A DNA stretch of 63,674 nt, filler included, from Aduncisulcus paluster (lineage: Eukaryota), in assembly GCA_024181965.1 (NCBI GenBank). It is 8 parts of 8 records of this genome, joined end to end, with 100 filler letters (N's around TTAATTAATTAA, not from the genome) between each part and the next. Parts side by side here need not be neighbours in the genome. Positions count along the whole stretch, not along the records: positions 57,409 to 61,293 come from BQXS01011695.1; positions 61,394 to 63,674 come from BQXS01011697.1; 6 more parts are not named here. One strand, given 5' to 3'. Position numbers and translations under genes: made by a program. This document shows, piece after piece, positions 60,694 to 63,674 of the stretch. Under the pieces are notes generated by a model. The model ran no database searches. It was not told the origin of the DNA and saw only the letters and a program-made list of their open reading frames with translations. Position 1 is the first letter of the stretch, and every line of letters begins with the position of its first letter.

Positions 60694-61293
60694 TTATTGG
60701 CTACTTTCTTCATCCTCCCCAAAGTCCATCACGTCGATTTCATCATCATCGGCTCCAGCCGAAAGATCATCGGCTCCTCCAACACCTTGTTCATCGCCCT
60801 CGGAACTTTCGAGGAGATCCAAAGGCATATCATCCTCCTCCAAAACACACAGAGCGCATGTTGGATACATGTCTAATTCAACCCGACGAATTCCCCCACG
60901 ATGGCGCAATTCTCCTTCAGCCATATCGTCTCTATCATCAAGCTCTCCACTGAAGTCATGGAGATACAAACGACGGTCAAGGGAGACGAGTGCAAACACA
61001 TCAGAGCCATACTTGAAAGAGGTAGCATCCCTCACACGTTCCTCCTTCTGTTCCTTCTCTTCTCCTTCCTTCTCTTCTCCTTCAGTAGGTTGCATTCGAG
61101 ACATGACTGGAGCAATGTCAGTTACAGCACCTCTTCCACCATTCCATCCAGCAATCTTTCTCCCTTTAACAACATCAATAACACTCACCCGACCATTAAC
61201 CTCCACAGATAAGCACAATCCAGTGCCTCCACGAAGAGAGCAGACCCTAAACCAATCGTCATCAATGAATGGTAAGGAACAAATGACTGTGGG
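60694..61293 (-). CDS. WD40 protein C-terminal fragment, WDR74/Nsa1-like (5'-truncated)
   Basis: GRVSVIDVVKGRKIAGWNGGRGAVTDI...SLDRRLYLH...RRVEL resembles the last blades of WDR74/Nsa1 (recalled similarity, not an alignment); acidic tail. Confidence 0.55.
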   Translation of the reverse strand, partial: PTVICSLPFIDDDWFRVCSLRGGTGLCLSVEVNGRVSVIDVVKGRKIAGWNGGRGAVTDIAPVMSRMQPTEGEEKEGEEKEQKEERVRDATSFKYGSDVFALVSLDRRLYLHDFSGELDDRDDMAEGELRHRGGIRRVELDMYPTCALCVLEEDDMPLDLLESSEGDEQGVGGADDLSAGADDDEIDVMDFGEDEESSQ

Positions 61294-61393
61294 NNNNNNN
61301 NNNNNNNNNNNNNNNNNNNNNNNNNNNNNNNNNNNNNTTAATTAATTAANNNNNNNNNNNNNNNNNNNNNNNNNNNNNNNNNNNNNNNNNNNN

Positions 61394-63674
61394 ATGTTAA
61401 TGAAATCTTGTTCTTGTGTCTTCTTCTTCCGCTTACGTCTTTTCTTTGAGTATGGTGGTTCAACTGGACTACTTCCAATATCAATTCCAGCGTGACTCAT
61501 CAGTGGTTTGAGTGATGCAGGAATACCAGTTGAAACCAAATATGGGTCTTTGTGCGCTTGAATAGTCGATGGATGGAGTCGACCATGAACAGCTCTCGTA
61601 TCAGCACCACCAGCACCAAACCCAATGCCAATGCTAGCGTGACTACTCTGAGTCTTAGACATTGAAGCATGGTCAGACAAGAAACGAGAGTTTTTAGGAA
61701 TCGATGTTGTTGGAACAGTGTCAACAGCTGATTGACCAACGGCGTGTGATCCATCATAACCCATGTCTCCTTCAATACTCTTCCCCTTGGCCCTTGTCAT
61801 GGGCATCCCAACAGCACCCGTTCCATGTTCCTTACGTTGTTGTTGGTTCGCAAGGGAGACATGATCAGACGTGAGTAGAGAAGAATCAGTAATAGAAGTT
61901 GGCAAGGGCAATTGCTTGACTTGTGCTTGTCCACCAGCAGTTCTGACAGGTAGTCGATTAGCTGGATGTCGTTGAAGGTGAATAATCTTTTCATCTCCTC
62001 CTTCTTGGAATTCCTCTTCTTCACTCGATCCCTTCTTCTTCTTCTTCTTCTTCATATTCTTCTTCGTAACTTTCGTCATCTTGCATTACACACTTATGGT
62101 TCACAGGTCTAGCAAGTTGGGCAGAACATGTCCTGAAAGCAGCTGCTTTTAACACTTTATCCATATCAAAGCTTTCCCTCGGGGAAGAACATGTCAAAGA
62201 CCCATCGTCAGATTCAAGGGAATTGCTATTTGTCCTAAAACTGGAAGGAATAGAAACCCCAGGGGAATCGAATGCACCGCTTGAGCCAGAAATAGTGTTG
62301 GGTTGTTCCATTCTTGCTTGTTGTTCTAATATCTGTCGATTTACCCGTTTTTCAAAGAGTTCGTTATCGTCATCTCTTGGTGAAGCATTGTTTGAACCAC
62401 CATGAGCGGTAGAATACGATGGTTGCTTTGGGGAAGGTATAATCATATTAGAAGTTAGATCGAAGGATACAGAGGGGACACGTTTGGTATCTAATGGAAC
62501 AATCGACTTGGCACTTCCTATACTATGCGGATGTGGAGAAGTGAAACTAGCACTACCACAACTGACTCCATCTGGCCTTACATCAGTCCCCAAGCTTGGA
62601 TCCATGTGCTGCTCAGAAGCATGTATCAATGATCGTATTGGGCCATACACAGAAGCAGGTTGATGCTCAACTGCACTGTCCGTTCCAATTATCACAGAGA
62701 TTGAATCTCCATTTGTTATTTCAGCTTGGGCATCTATACCAGGGTCCTCGTCAGACGAAGAATGTCGTGTGTGCAGAGAAAGAGTCAAAGGAGGATATTT
62801 TGTATCAATATCCTCAGCACGGTCAGCATCATCAGTTTGAATAACAGTTTTTTCAACGGCATTTTCTACGATACGATCATTGCTGGATGAGTCTATATCA
62901 GAGATTGTAGCTGACGTGACATGCCAACGATGACTTGTTGACGTGGAAGTGCCATGGGTGGCTGTTGTGGTGTACTCAAGAGAAGAGGAAGAAGAAGATA
63001 AATAATGCCGTTCTTTAGAGGAGGTCTGAGATGTCATCTGTTGAGAAGGAGTTCCAGAGATTCCTGATCTTGATTTCTTTTTCCTTGAACGAGGAGATTT
63101 ATGAACAATTACTTTTCCTTGTCCTCTCGAGTCATCTGAAAGGGCTGACTTGCCATGTTCTTCGATCTTTTCTCTAGAATGTCTATCTTTTCTTCCCTTT
63201 TCCTTACTTTCTCTCTTCTCTCTCTTCTCTTTCTTCTCTTTCTTCTCTCTCTTCTCTTTGGTTTTGTCTAGAGCTTTTGATGATAGTTCACGAGAAAGCT
63301 TTCTCGAATCCTTTATCGTTGACTGAGATGAGGGTTTTGATTTTGGATTCAATGATGCTGTTTTGTTTGATGTTGTAAGCTTTCTTCCCATACCAAATCC
63401 TTGGAATAAGACAACTCCACTGTTTGACGACTCAAGTTTCTTCTCTTTCTTCTCACCACCATCTCTCTTCTCTCTCTTCTCTTTCTTCTTCCTTTCGCTT
63501 TTGTTTCTGGCAGAAGAATGATGATGTTTAACATGTTTATGTTTATGTTCACGTGACTTGTTGTTGGGAATATGCTCAAGCGAACTACTCACTTCAGAAG
63601 ACTCTTCATCCCCATCAATTGAAGGTAAAACCACCATATCAATGAGACTAGCTCTGCGAGGTCTGGTTTCTTCT
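61394..63674 (-). CDS. Low-complexity Ser/Lys-rich hypothetical protein, open at both ends, frameshift at 62030-62032
   Basis: ORFs 62021-63637 and 61342-62079 join (EEEE-GSSEEEEF) if one G is removed from GAAGGGATCG. Confidence 0.6.

Noticed and set aside
60614..61345. 243-aa plus-strand ORF and the many other short antisense or overlapping ORFs
   Set aside because: They are shadows of real genes on the opposite strand or in other frames, with no motifs.
12847..61393. Repeated TTAATTAATTAA elements and apparent gene neighbourhoods across them
   Set aside because: They are artificial linkers, so no synteny can be inferred across them (for example helicase with pelota).
62030..62032. Programmed frameshift
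   Set aside because: One extra base beside a GAA repeat with no slippery heptamer or structure; probably an error.
1..63674. CRISPR arrays, rRNA, tRNA, intact transposons
   Set aside because: None recognised by eye; dedicated covariance and repeat searches were not run.

Overview
Gene-dense, intron-poor, AT-rich eukaryotic genomic DNA using the standard code (TAA, TAG and TGA all end genes). The gene content suggests an anaerobic protist; a free-living fornicate/metamonad of the Carpediemonas-like group is my unverified guess. The window is not one locus: eight scaffolds are joined by artificial 100-bp N44-TTAATTAATTAA-N44 spacers, and eight 20-N gaps have artefactually duplicated flanks. 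Recognisable genes are a giant internalin-like LRR/EGF membrane protein split by one in-frame TAG, an Fe-alcohol dehydrogenase, a UBA-fused ASCC3/Slh1 helicase, a neurobeachin-like protein, an FHA-like beta-helical protein, CDC5L, a type I glutamine synthetase, two alpha2-delta/CACHD1-like paralogs, pelota, an ABCA transporter, RPN11, a DHA2 MFS transporter and a WDR74-like fragment. The best leads are: (1) a UBA domain fused to the ribosome-quality-control helicase, possibly a one-polypeptide RQT module; (2) intergenic DNA packed with short, often chained, 1-nt-spacer palindromes, plus a microhomology-joined tandem triplication and a 30-bp templated copy, possibly a template-switch or snap-back repair signature; (3) three short 5'-proximal intron candidates not shown by the ORF track.
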